Assembly (NCBI GenBank): GCA_963793265.1
Contig: CAWBZI010000001.1
Location: forward strand, 1,088,001-1,152,000
Direction of reading: 5' to 3'
Origin: an uncultured cyanobacterium
GTDB taxonomy: Bacteria > Cyanobacteriota > Cyanobacteriia > Phormidesmidales > Phormidesmidaceae
DNA: 64,000 nucleotides
Part shown: one piece after another, positions 30,852 through 40,250 of the stretch
Numbering within the stretch: the stretch's first letter is position 1
Layout of the letters: every line of letters begins with the position of its first letter
Made by a program: the position numbers and the translations under genes
Notes under the pieces: generated by a model
What the model was told of the DNA's origin: nothing
The model's database searches: none
The model's input: the letters and a program-made list of their open reading frames with translations, nothing else

Positions 30852-32303
30852 CTAAGCTCTAAAAGGAAAATCAGCCGCTGCAAATCTTTCTTCGGTCGCG
30901 TTTCTGCGGTTAGTCCAGAGGAGCAGTAGACCTGTGGTCGCTAAGAAAGAACCTGCTAGCGCGCCGCCAATAGCCACAGGCGGGCTGGGAGAAATGTACT
31001 TATCTTCATCAGGTAGAGTCGGCGCAGCCGCGAGCTGAATCGGCGGATAAACCGAGTAGATATCACCCTCATTCAGATTCAGCTCTGCCACCGTAGAGGC
31101 AAAGATAGCCTCTGCGACCTGAAGATTTCGCTGTAATCGGTCTACAGTAAACTGTTCTTGAGTAAGATTGTCCAGGCGATTCTGAAGACCCACAATTTGA
31201 TTGTTAAGCTCTTGGGTCTGAGACTGCAAACCGCTCTGGCTAGCTCTGCTGGTCACCGCCTGCTGAAAGAGGTCGCCACGAGACGCCGCAACCCGAGGGT
31301 CAATACCAATCGGCGCTAGCTGAGTAAGCGTTGCCTGCGTGACGGGTCTACCCAGCAGAGAAGAGCCTCTTGCTTCTATCGCATCTTCTAAGGCTTCTAG
31401 CTCCGCCCGCTTGGCAACAACCATAGGATGCTGAGAACCGAGCTGTGAAGAGACATCAGAATATTCAGCAGCTACCGTACCGTATTCTTCAAACTGACTC
31501 TGGTAAACCGCATCCGCCTGAAGCCTGTAGGCATCTGCTGCGCCTGCCGAAGACTCGTTAATGTCTTGAGCAAGCTGCTGAACCTGGCTGCCAAGCCCTC
31601 TCTCTTCAGCGATCGCCTGTGCCTGTTCCCGAAGAAGCTGCTCAATACCCACCGCCAAATCATCAATCTGCGCGTCCGAACTTAGCCCTGAAGTGGCCTG
31701 ATATTCCGCCAGCGCTTCTTGAGCCGCTTCTACCTGATCGCGAGCAGCTTCCAAACTGGTTTCGGTATTCCCCTTGCGACGCGCTAGCTCAGCGGTTCTC
31801 AACTGACTAACCCTGTCCTCTAGCGCAACGTACAGCGCCGTAGCCTGATCTTGCGCCAGCTTAGGCGTATCCCCTTCTACAGAAAGCGCGATAATCGAGC
31901 TGTCTTCGTCTATCGTCACATCTGGCTCGCCAAACTCTCTAACGGTCAGGTTTACTTTTTCAGCCGCTTCTTTAATAATGTCTGGACTCTGCAAGAGATA
32001 CACGTAGTCAGTACGCGGATCTTCTGTTGCAGGCGAATAAGCCGCTGGTGACTGCGCCGCTCGCCCACCGTCTGGCAGGGTCACTTCTGCAGTCGCAGAA
32101 GATCCGAGTACGTTAAGACCAAACTCGCTTTGATAAGTCTCAGGCGCTAGTTTGAGGTAGGCCAGCGCGAGCCCCCAAATTAGTGCGTTTGCGAGCAAGC
32201 CGAGTCCTAAGTAGCCTAGTTTAGAGGCACCATGCTTAGAAGCGTTAGGACTGCGGCGAATCGCAGGGCTAGACGAAGTTTGGGGGAAAGAAGAGTCAGT
32301 CAT
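30852..32303 (-). CDS. Polysaccharide co-polymerase (GumC/Wzc periplasmic part, no kinase domain)
   Basis: Two terminal TM helices, long coiled coil, HPMV and APTLP motifs; no Walker A. Confidence 0.8.
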   Translation of the reverse strand: MTDSSFPQTSSSPAIRRSPNASKHGASKLGYLGLGLLANALIWGLALAYLKLAPETYQSEFGLNVLGSSATAEVTLPDGGRAAQSPAAYSPATEDPRTDYVYLLQSPDIIKEAAEKVNLTVREFGEPDVTIDEDSSIIALSVEGDTPKLAQDQATALYVALEDRVSQLRTAELARRKGNTETSLEAARDQVEAAQEALAEYQATSGLSSDAQIDDLAVGIEQLLREQAQAIAEERGLGSQVQQLAQDINESSAGAADAYRLQADAVYQSQFEEYGTVAAEYSDVSSQLGSQHPMVVAKRAELEALEDAIEARGSSLLGRPVTQATLTQLAPIGIDPRVAASRGDLFQQAVTSRASQSGLQSQTQELNNQIVGLQNRLDNLTQEQFTVDRLQRNLQVAEAIFASTVAELNLNEGDIYSVYPPIQLAAAPTLPDEDKYISPSPPVAIGGALAGSFLATTGLLLLWTNRRNATEERFAAADFPFRA

Positions 32304-32387
32304 TGGTCAATATTTCAGTGAGAGTCGTTGACGAACAAAGGAGGCGATTAGTCGAACGGGCCAGGAACTAAAAAGGAGTGAATCGAA

Positions 32388-33641
32388 TCAGTCGTTATCG
32401 AACAGGTTAATTAAAAGATTGAGCGGGTTGATAAAATCAACTACTGTTCCTAGTATGCCGCGAATGTTGGTATTGCGAGAGTCATAGCAGGCGATCGCAT
32501 CATCCGGCATCAAGAACGGGTTGTCTTCAACCGAGGGCGTCGCATTGTCTATCACATCAGGAATGCTGTACTCCGAGGTAATCACCTCGCCTGTTTCGGT
32601 GTCAGTTTGAATAAACAAAGCGCGCCGGTTTGCGTTAGTAGATGGCGTACCCCCCACACATCTAGCTGACACTAGCGCCTGAGCTAAAGTAGCACCGTAT
32701 GCAAAAGAGGCCACGTTGACATCGCTGCTGCCTTGCAAAGAGCTGCCCCCGCCCGGCTGAGTCACATTAGAGACATACAAATCTACGCTGTCTGGCGTGA
32801 TTTGAGAGGGCTTGATCAAGTCTGTTTGCAGCACCCCTGCGTTTGGCACCACAATCTGATCGCCTGCAATCAGCGGGAAATCTGTCACGGACGTGCCATT
32901 AAAGATTCCAGAGAGATCGACATCGACCGCCTGTCCGCCTCTAACAACCTGCACCCTAGAGACATCAGCGTTAGGCCGCACGCCGCCAATTGCCTTCAGC
33001 GCAGAGGTTAGATAGCGCTCAACGGGGTAGTCGCCCGGCAGTGAAACCGATTCGCCTTCGTCATTGACGCCTTGAGCATCCACCGAAACTAAACTCTCTT
33101 GGGAGAGCAAAATTCGACCCGGCTTGAAAACCTGGCCAGCTACGGCGACCTGAACGGGCGCGTAGTTTAGAACTTGAACGCTGACTCTGAGCTGACCGGG
33201 TAGAAAAAGCTGCTCGGCTAGGAAGCGATCGCGCAATCGCGCCTGAACCTCAGCAGGCACCAAGCCTAAAACTGGCACAGGCGCTAAGAATGGAATTTCT
33301 AAATCGCCTGCGAAGTTAACCTCATACTCGCCGGTAAACTCTTCACCGCCAATACCTGGCACGGTCAGTCTGAGGCGATCGCCTGGCGATAGGGGAATGC
33401 GCTGTTGGCTAATAGCAGGCAGCGGATTAACCGCAGGCGTGGGGGTAGATACCGGGCGCACTAAAGCAGGGCCGTCTTCAGCCTGCTGCTCGTCAGTGAG
33501 ATCGGGAAGCCCTTGAGCAAAACCACTGGTTGCTGAGAGTAAAAAAGCTGGAATAGATGCCAGCAAGATAGCCGCTTTAGTCATGGTTTTGCCTGAAGTG
33601 ACTGCGCTTAAAAAATACATTGGGCTTCCTATTACCTCCAC
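32388..33641 (-). CDS. wza: Polysaccharide export protein (Wza/SLBB)
   Basis: LSPGDRLRL, VAGQVFKPG, SLBB-like repeats, NPFLMPDDAIACYDS; likely start MTKAA. Confidence 0.85.
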   Translation of the reverse strand: MEVIGSPMYFLSAVTSGKTMTKAAILLASIPAFLLSATSGFAQGLPDLTDEQQAEDGPALVRPVSTPTPAVNPLPAISQQRIPLSPGDRLRLTVPGIGGEEFTGEYEVNFAGDLEIPFLAPVPVLGLVPAEVQARLRDRFLAEQLFLPGQLRVSVQVLNYAPVQVAVAGQVFKPGRILLSQESLVSVDAQGVNDEGESVSLPGDYPVERYLTSALKAIGGVRPNADVSRVQVVRGGQAVDVDLSGIFNGTSVTDFPLIAGDQIVVPNAGVLQTDLIKPSQITPDSVDLYVSNVTQPGGGSSLQGSSDVNVASFAYGATLAQALVSARCVGGTPSTNANRRALFIQTDTETGEVITSEYSIPDVIDNATPSVEDNPFLMPDDAIACYDSRNTNIRGILGTVVDFINPLNLLINLFDND

Positions 33642-33699
33642 CCCTTAAACAAACTGAAGTTGCACCGGCTACAAAGGAAGAATACAAACGACTGCGATC

Positions 33700-33753
33700 G
33701 CCTGGCACCCCGCCTGGCACTCCGCCTAGCACCCCGTCTAGCACCCCGTCTAG
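33700..33753. repeat. Degenerate 12-bp tandem repeat (about 4.5 copies) upstream of wza
   Basis: CCTGGCACCCCG CCTGGCACTCCG CCTAGCACCCCG TCTAGCACCCCG TCTAG. Confidence 0.85.
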
Positions 33754-34284
33754 AACTGCATGTCTGGTTTTGTGCTCTGTATCTACTAAGTTCTTGCACT
33801 GATAGTAAGATCAGGACAGCTTGAGAAGGTGCATATACGGGCTAACATAACGAAGTTTTCATGAAATTCACGGGTTCCGTAAAAACTTCGACTTGCTCAC
33901 ACAAGGGTGTCTGATTAGTTGCTAGGCAGATGGATAGATGCACTTTTGAAACCGAGCCACCGATACACATACATCAAAAGCAGCAGTGCTTTGATCGTAT
34001 TTATATCCGTGACAAGGGCACGGCAAGCCTTGATACAGCAAGCTTTTGGCCTAGTTTACTAAGAGCCCAAACCAGTCATCTATGTTCCCGTGATAACGTG
34101 CCTATCTATACCATTTAATCAGACAGCAGCCCTATAGCCAGCGATAAGCATCGTTCCTATCCTCACAATTTTCTCAGTATCCCTCACACAACTTTTGTAA
34201 AGAATAGAACAGACTAGGCAGTTCTTGGTACTGAAAGAAGGACATCTTTGAACAGTTCTATACCTATATCTTCGTCTGCGCAAA

Positions 34285-35358
34285 TCAAACGTCTAAGCAC
34301 TCACAAATTAACTGAGCCATCTTGGCAGCGCTATCTGTTGTTGATAAGCCTTGAGCCGCCGTCTGCATTGCCCCAAGCCGAGCTGAGTCATTGAGCAAAT
34401 CTAAAACCAGATCCTGTAATCGTTCAGTCGATAGCATAGATTGTTGATGAAGCAAGGCCGCGCCCGCTTCGCTAAAAGCAGCTGCGTTGTATGTTTGATG
34501 ATCTTCAGCGGCAAAAGGATAGGGAATTAAAATCGCGGGCGTGCCCGTAATTGCCAGCTCAATTAGCGTGCCAGCGCCTGCTCGACTAATCGCCAGAGTC
34601 GCCCGCTGAAAAAGCGCCGCCATATTGTCGTAAAAAGGGCGATGAATATAGTGAGGATCGCTAAAGCTGTCGGCATGCGGGTCGTTAGTACCTGTGATAT
34701 GAACAATCCAAGCGCCTGATTCAATCCAGGCAGGCGCTGCGCTGCGAACTAAGTTATTGACGGCAACTGCGCCCTGAGAGCCCCCGACAACCACAATTAA
34801 AGGCACGTCTGCGGGAATATCAATATCGCTCAGGCCGGTTTGAGTGGCACTTAAGAACTGCGATCGCACAGGCGTACCCACGACCTTCGTCTCTGCCTTC
34901 GGCAAATACTGAGCCGCCTCGCCAAATCCCAGCGCCACCAGCGTGCACCACGGGCTCAGCCACCGCGTTACCTTACCGGGAAGCGCATTAGACTCATGCA
35001 TAATCGCAGGTAGGCCCAACGAGCGCGCTGCAATAATCGCAGGCGCTGAGATATAGCCGCCTGTCGTAAATACGCCTTGAAAACCGCCCTTTTTGAGTAA
35101 GCTACGCACCTGAGCAGTGGATTTTGCAAAGCGAGCCGCTAGTTTGAGCGTACCGAGGCCCAAACCACCCTGAACACCCCCCAGGCGCACTGTATGTAGA
35201 GGATATTTATCAGGTACGAGCTGAGTTTCGAGCCGGTCGGGAACGCCCAGCCATTCGATCGTACTATCAGCGAGCTGTTGAGCGGTCGCGATCGCCGGAA
35301 ACAAGTGGCCGCCCGTCCCACTAGCGGCGATTAGCAGCTTCTTACCTTTATCACTCAC
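34285..35358 (-). CDS. murG: Undecaprenyl-PP-MurNAc-pentapeptide GlcNAc transferase
   Basis: SGTGGHLFPA, HESNALPG, GGSQGA, SRAGA, DHQTYNA. Confidence 0.96.
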   Translation of the reverse strand: MSDKGKKLLIAASGTGGHLFPAIATAQQLADSTIEWLGVPDRLETQLVPDKYPLHTVRLGGVQGGLGLGTLKLAARFAKSTAQVRSLLKKGGFQGVFTTGGYISAPAIIAARSLGLPAIMHESNALPGKVTRWLSPWCTLVALGFGEAAQYLPKAETKVVGTPVRSQFLSATQTGLSDIDIPADVPLIVVVGGSQGAVAVNNLVRSAAPAWIESGAWIVHITGTNDPHADSFSDPHYIHRPFYDNMAALFQRATLAISRAGAGTLIELAITGTPAILIPYPFAAEDHQTYNAAAFSEAGAALLHQQSMLSTERLQDLVLDLLNDSARLGAMQTAAQGLSTTDSAAKMAQLICECLDV

Positions 35359-35513
35359 GACAGTATGCCACCCCTTTAAAATAACCGTAACAATACAAAT
35401 TTCAGGTTACCTTGATTTAAGGTAGTATCTTCCGACAAATATGGCTGCGCCTACGGCCTCACTCATTAGCGCACGCACCGCTTAACTGCTTACAAAAAGG
35501 AACTGTAAAGCCC

Positions 35514-36305
35514 ATGACTAATTGCTTCTACTGGCCTGCCCATCGGCTCAAAATTGCCTCTGCTTTTGTTTGTGCGCTGGCATTAGGCGTAGGCAGCAGC
35601 CAGCAGGCAAAAGCAGCCTCTCCTGAAACCGCACCCGCTGAGCTAGTCAGTGCCCTTGAGCAAATCGAAACTGCCGCCTCTGCTGGCAATGTTGATGGCG
35701 TGATGCAGCACTACAGCCCAGCGTTTACAAACAACGACGGCTTTACCTACGAAACCCTCCCCACGGCGCTAGAAACCCTTTGGAGTCGCTACGAAAATTT
35801 GACCTATCGCGTCGAGCTACAGTCTTGGGAATCGGTTAGCGGCGGCTACACCGCTGAGACAGTTACCTATATCAACGGCACCCAGCTCGCCAACGGTCAG
35901 CCTACCGAGCTAGCGTCAGTCATTCGCTCAGAGCAAACTTTTGCAGCCGGTAAAGTCGTCTCGCAAGAAACCCTCTCCGAGCGCAATGTGATGACCTCAG
36001 GCGAAATGCCGCCTACCGTTTCGGTGATTTTGCCCGAGCAGGTAGAGTCCGGTGAAAGCTATGACTTTGACGCGATTGTGATGGAGCCGTTAGGCAGTCG
36101 CTATTTGCTAGGCGCAGCGGTAGAGGAAGGGGCTTCCTCCGAAGATTTCTTTACGGGTCGGCCTGTAGAGCTAGAGCTGTTAGCCGCGGGGGGCCTGTTT
36201 AAAGTTGGCGAAGCGCCTAGCGAAGCGGATAGTCGGTGGGTGTCAGCTTTGCTAGTGCGTGAAGACGGGCTGACCGTGGTTACTCGTCGGTTGAGGGTTA
36301 ACTAG
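35514..36305 (+). CDS. Exported NTF2-like domain protein
   Basis: Signal peptide; YSPAFTNNDG..LWSRY; LELLAAGGLFKVG. Confidence 0.7.
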   Translation: MTNCFYWPAHRLKIASAFVCALALGVGSSQQAKAASPETAPAELVSALEQIETAASAGNVDGVMQHYSPAFTNNDGFTYETLPTALETLWSRYENLTYRVELQSWESVSGGYTAETVTYINGTQLANGQPTELASVIRSEQTFAAGKVVSQETLSERNVMTSGEMPPTVSVILPEQVESGESYDFDAIVMEPLGSRYLLGAAVEEGASSEDFFTGRPVELELLAAGGLFKVGEAPSEADSRWVSALLVREDGLTVVTRRLRVN

Positions 36306-36310
36306 CTAGC

Positions 36311-37009
36311 TTAAGCAGCCACTAATGCCAACTTAAGCAACCCTTCAAACAGCGCTAGGCCATCAGTATTGCCTAGCGCTTTGTCGGCCGCGCGTTCGGG
36401 GTGAGGCATCATACCCAAAACGTTACCAGCTAGGTTGCAGATGCCCGCGATATTGTTCAGCGAGCCGTTAGGATTAGCAAGTTCATTGGCGTTGCCGCTG
36501 GCATCACAGTAGCGAAAAAGCACCTGATTATTGTCTTCTAGCGCCTTAAGCGTATCGGGCGCAGCGTAGTAGCAGCCTTCACCATGGGCAATCGGCAGCG
36601 TAATTACCTGATCTTTTTGATAATTTTGAGTCCAAGGGAGATCGGTGCGCTCTACTTTTACCGGCAGGCGATCGCACACAAAATGCAAGTCTCGATTGCG
36701 CACTAGCGCCCCCGGCAGCAGCCCCATCTCCGTAAGCACCTGAAACCCATTACAAATGCCCATCACGAACTTGCCCTGGTTTGCGTGCAGGGCGGTTGCT
36801 CGCATCGCTGGAGAAAATTGAGCGATCGCCCCACATCGCAAATAGTCACCATAGCTAAAGCCGCCCGGCACTACCACCACGTCTACATCAGCCAGATCGC
36901 CTTCTTCGTGCCAGATCATTCGCACCGGCTGATGCAGAATATCGCGCAGAATGTAGGCAATATCGCGATCGCAGTTCGCCCCCGGAAAAACAATCACCCC
37001 AAACTTCAT
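36311..37009 (-). CDS. purQ: FGAM synthase glutaminase subunit
   Basis: [36 protein letters not shown]. Confidence 0.97.
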   Translation of the reverse strand: MKFGVIVFPGANCDRDIAYILRDILHQPVRMIWHEEGDLADVDVVVVPGGFSYGDYLRCGAIAQFSPAMRATALHANQGKFVMGICNGFQVLTEMGLLPGALVRNRDLHFVCDRLPVKVERTDLPWTQNYQKDQVITLPIAHGEGCYYAAPDTLKALEDNNQVLFRYCDASGNANELANPNGSLNNIAGICNLAGNVLGMMPHPERAADKALGNTDGLALFEGLLKLALVAA

Positions 37010-37072
37010 AACGTATGTCCTGATTTTGCTAACGTTTTCGATGGCCTAATTAGTTAAGTTGAGTCAAAAGCT

Positions 37073-37426
37073 TCAGGCAATGGCGGCGGCAAGCACCTCA
37101 ATCCGATAGTTCTCAATCACCGGATTTGCCAATAGCTGATCGCAAATCTTATCGAGTTGCTGCTGCGCTGACGCCTCACTCTCAGCCATCAGCTCCAGCT
37201 CAATATATTTACCAATTCGCACCTTAGACACATTGTCGTAGCCCATATGCTTAAGCCCAGAGCGCACCGCCGTCCCTGCCGGGTCAAGCACAGAAGGCCG
37301 CAAAGTCACATACACCTTTGCCTGATACAGATTGCCTTGAGAAAATTGGGCCACAGTAGTCGCTCTTAAGCCAAAGAGGAAAGTATGAACAAGTGAGATC
37401 CTACCGCAATTATTGCCGTAGCTCAC
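37073..37426 (-). CDS. purS: FGAM synthase subunit PurS (true start probably downstream)
   Basis: VTLRPSVLDPAG, VRIGKYIEL, LLANPVIENY. Confidence 0.95.
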   Translation of the reverse strand: MSYGNNCGRISLVHTFLFGLRATTVAQFSQGNLYQAKVYVTLRPSVLDPAGTAVRSGLKHMGYDNVSKVRIGKYIELELMAESEASAQQQLDKICDQLLANPVIENYRIEVLAAAIA

Positions 37427-37527
37427 TTAAGCTAGAAAAGGAACCCGCAAGTCACTATCCTGCTATCACTCGTAGGCAAGAAAGGCTTGGATATCAGCCA
37501 ATAGAAAAGGCTCTTTAAAACAGGCAT

Positions 37528-37938
37528 ATGAAAAGCCGTCGCACCCGCAGTCAAAACCAAATCTTAGACTCGCTAAAGCAGACAAAAGACGCTATCTCTG
37601 CGCAAGAACTCTACATGCAGCTCAAACAGCACGGCGTCAGCGTTGGGCTCGCAACAGTTTACCGCGCCCTAGAATCGCTCAAGCTAGAAGGCATCGTTCA
37701 AGTTCGGACGCTCTCCACCGGAGAATCTTTGTACAGCCTCGCCAAAGAAGACACGCACCATCTCACCTGCGTGCGCTGTGGCAACTCAGCGGTGATGGAC
37801 GAGTGCCCTGTGCACGGGCTAGAAACGCACCTTACGGAGTCTCATGACTTCAGGATTTTCTACCACACGCTTGAATTTTTTGGCCTGTGCCAGCAATGTC
37901 AGCTCACCGAAGAAGACTCTCTAACCGCAACCGGCTGA
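37528..37938 (+). CDS. zur: Fur-family regulator, Zur/FurB type
   Basis: RTRSQ..ISAQELY..GLATVYRALESLKLEG, HHLTCVRC, HTLEFFGLCQQC. Confidence 0.85.
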   Translation: MKSRRTRSQNQILDSLKQTKDAISAQELYMQLKQHGVSVGLATVYRALESLKLEGIVQVRTLSTGESLYSLAKEDTHHLTCVRCGNSAVMDECPVHGLETHLTESHDFRIFYHTLEFFGLCQQCQLTEEDSLTATG

Positions 37939-38462
37939 CCCAAAAAGCCCATGGCCTCTTCGCACCAGGCCACCCAGGCAAGCTGCTGACGAATGCCCGC
38001 TCGCAGCGCTAGATACTGAAACTGATTTTCGCGCGTGAGTTCAGGCATTTGCGCGTACTGCTTCGAGATCGCCTGATAGCTTTTGAGCTTTTCTTTGTGC
38101 TGCTCGTGATAGGCCTGTAGGGTTTGCAGCAGCGGCTCGGTCGGGACGGTGTGACCGACGGATAGCTTGATGAGCAGATCGGACTTTAGAGGGGCGATCG
38201 CGTCCACTTCTGCAATCCACTGCTGCAAATGCTGCCTGCCGCTATCGGTTACCGTATACAGCTTCTTATTAGGCCGGTTTTCCTGCTCAATCTTCTCAGA
38301 CGACAAATACTCGCTCTCTTCTAGCTGAGCGAGCGCCTTATAAATTTGCTGGTGGCTAGCGCTCCAAAAGCACTCCACCGACTTATTAAAGCGTTTTACC
38401 AGGTCGTAACCGCTACAGGAACGATTGGTCAGTGCCGCCAAAATTGCATAGGAAAGAGCCAT
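37899..38462 (-). CDS. PadR family transcriptional regulator
   Basis: SGYDLVKRF..FWSASHQQIY..RPNKKLYTVTDSG. Confidence 0.92.
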   Translation of the reverse strand: MALSYAILAALTNRSCSGYDLVKRFNKSVECFWSASHQQIYKALAQLEESEYLSSEKIEQENRPNKKLYTVTDSGRQHLQQWIAEVDAIAPLKSDLLIKLSVGHTVPTEPLLQTLQAYHEQHKEKLKSYQAISKQYAQMPELTRENQFQYLALRAGIRQQLAWVAWCEEAMGFLGQPVAVRESSSVS

Positions 38463-38652
38463 ACTCTAAACCAAGAATATTCACCTATATGCATATTAAA
38501 CTAAGAAGCTTTAAGAATAGAGCCTACTATTATAGACTTGGTTGCAAAAATCCCATCGAACTATCTTTAAAGTTACTCATGAGCCAGGCTGTAGTCTGTC
38601 TTCGGCCATTGAAAATGCTCTAAAATACGAACAAAAGCTGGAGCATTTGCTT

Positions 38653-39630
38653 ATGAGCCCGCAAAAGCAGTCATATGACGTATTTTTGTCTCACAATACC
38701 AAAGACAAAGATCAGGTTTTGATAGTTGCCAGCTATCTGGAATCGCAGGGGTTGAGTCTTTGGATAGATAGAAATAATCTTCGCGGAGGAAACTGCCTTC
38801 CAAAGGAGATTACGACTGCAATCTATAACTCCAGAGTTGCCGCTGTTTTTATCGGGAAGCATGGCTTAGGAACATGGCAGCAAGACGAGCTAGGAACCAT
38901 TGAAACGAGAAGGACAAAGGGGCATCTAGATCTCATCCCGATCCTGCTACCAGATGTCTACGAGCTACCAGACGAACCGGACTACTATTCTCTTGAGAAA
39001 TTACTATATATCTCTTTCTCTTCTGATGACTTTTCTTCTAGCGATGATCAGGCTCAGCTAACTAAGCTAGCCGAAGGCATTGCGCGATACGCAAATGACT
39101 GGACAATTAAAAAGCTGAGAAGTCTTATTAGAGAGAAAGAAGACGCCGTACAAAAACTACAGGAGATTTCTCAAGAAATTGAAAGAATAGAAGCCCAGTT
39201 GAAAACCACACTGGGCAAAGAAAGACAGAGAGGGGTCGAATGGATTGAGTCAAGAAGAGCCGAAATAGTCATGAACAGATACGCAATACGAGCGTTGAGA
39301 GATTTTCCTACACTAGGGAAAGTTCTCAGACAAAGAGGGGATGGAATTCAGCAATTTCGTTTGGACATAGATACTTTCTTAAAATTCACTGCTCTTGCCT
39401 TTCAAACTGAGCAAGTTTCATTGATAGAAGAGATGGAGATAGATCTCTTCTTTGCAGAACCAGAGTTTGAGAAGCCTGAGTTCTATGCAGACAAACTCAC
39501 GACCAAAGTATATAAAGAGGTTCTTAGCCTCATAGAGGCTGATCTTCCCGAAGATTTAGACAAAACCATCACAAAAGAGCTAGAGCAGTGCTTCATTCAC
39601 ATGAGAAATCGAATAACAGCTCTCATTTGA
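38653..39630 (+). CDS. TIR-domain protein with central coiled coil and unknown C-terminal domain
   Basis: YDVFLSHNTKDK, LWIDR, AVFIG..GTWQQDEL (putative catalytic Glu), LIPILLP; ATG 38653 with upstream GGAG preferred over TTG 38542. Confidence 0.88.
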   Translation: MSPQKQSYDVFLSHNTKDKDQVLIVASYLESQGLSLWIDRNNLRGGNCLPKEITTAIYNSRVAAVFIGKHGLGTWQQDELGTIETRRTKGHLDLIPILLPDVYELPDEPDYYSLEKLLYISFSSDDFSSSDDQAQLTKLAEGIARYANDWTIKKLRSLIREKEDAVQKLQEISQEIERIEAQLKTTLGKERQRGVEWIESRRAEIVMNRYAIRALRDFPTLGKVLRQRGDGIQQFRLDIDTFLKFTALAFQTEQVSLIEEMEIDLFFAEPEFEKPEFYADKLTTKVYKEVLSLIEADLPEDLDKTITKELEQCFIHMRNRITALI

Positions 39631-39710
39631 TCAAGAGCTATCACGCTCATATACATTTTATTTTTTGTCTTCGGATCGCTTCTGAATGGTCTGCTTTTAA
39701 CCCATCTGCA

Positions 39711-39854
39711 TCATCTACCTTTCAGTCTTCTAATTTGTTCTTCTATGTTGGAAAGGTTATTAAGTAGCTTTTCCATCCTTCTTTTATCAGAAGTCAATCG
39801 GAGAATTTCCTTTCTAATAGCATGTTGTTGGTTGTAGAGATTTGCAAGGCTCAT
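39711..39854 (-). CDS. Small coiled-coil protein, 47 aa (not in ORF track)
   Basis: Manual translation MSLANLYNQQHAIRKEILRLTSDKRRMEKLLNNLSNIEEQIRRLKGR*; heptad pattern; no clear SD. Confidence 0.55.
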   Translation of the reverse strand: MSLANLYNQQHAIRKEILRLTSDKRRMEKLLNNLSNIEEQIRRLKGR

Positions 39855-39987
39855 GTTAGGTCTTTACTTCAGCTAGGTTTTATGATTCCTTTTGCTGAAC
39901 TAACTAACGTCAAGCCGGAGTTTGTGGCAATCCTTAATCAAAAAAGTCGGTAGATGTCCTTTATGTGAAGTTGAGCGAGGCTTCTGA

Positions 39988-40122
39988 TTACATAGATCTT
40001 CTCTCCTTCTTCAGTTCTTTAATCTGATCGTCTAATTCTGTTATACGTTTCTTCGTTTGCTGCTCTTCTATTATTAGCTTTTTAAGTTTTTCGTAGTCCT
40101 TGTCTTTGGGCTTAGCTCTCAT
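39988..40122 (-). CDS. Small coiled-coil protein, 44 aa (not in ORF track)
   Basis: Manual translation MRAKPKDKDYEKLKKLIIEEQQTKKRITELDDQIKELKKERRSM*; heptad pattern; inverted repeat just upstream. Confidence 0.6.
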   Translation of the reverse strand: MRAKPKDKDYEKLKKLIIEEQQTKKRITELDDQIKELKKERRSM

Positions 40123-40134
40123 CTATTCATACAC

Positions 40135-40187
40135 GCTTTATAGTACATCTATACCATATCATAATTAATTCAAATGTACTATAAAGC
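40135..40187. promoter_or_regulatory. Perfect 14-bp inverted repeat with 25-bp AT-rich spacer (candidate operator)
   Basis: GCTTTATAGTACAT (40135-40148) / ATGTACTATAAAGC (40174-40187). Confidence 0.6.
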
Positions 40188-40250
40188 ATACCGCTATCAG
40201 ACAGTACGACTGCTCAGTTCCCATAAGCCATAGCGTTTATAGACAATTGC

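Noticed and set aside
37899..37938. 40-bp convergent overlap of zur and padR as antisense regulation
   Set aside because: Short tail-to-tail overlaps are common; no further evidence
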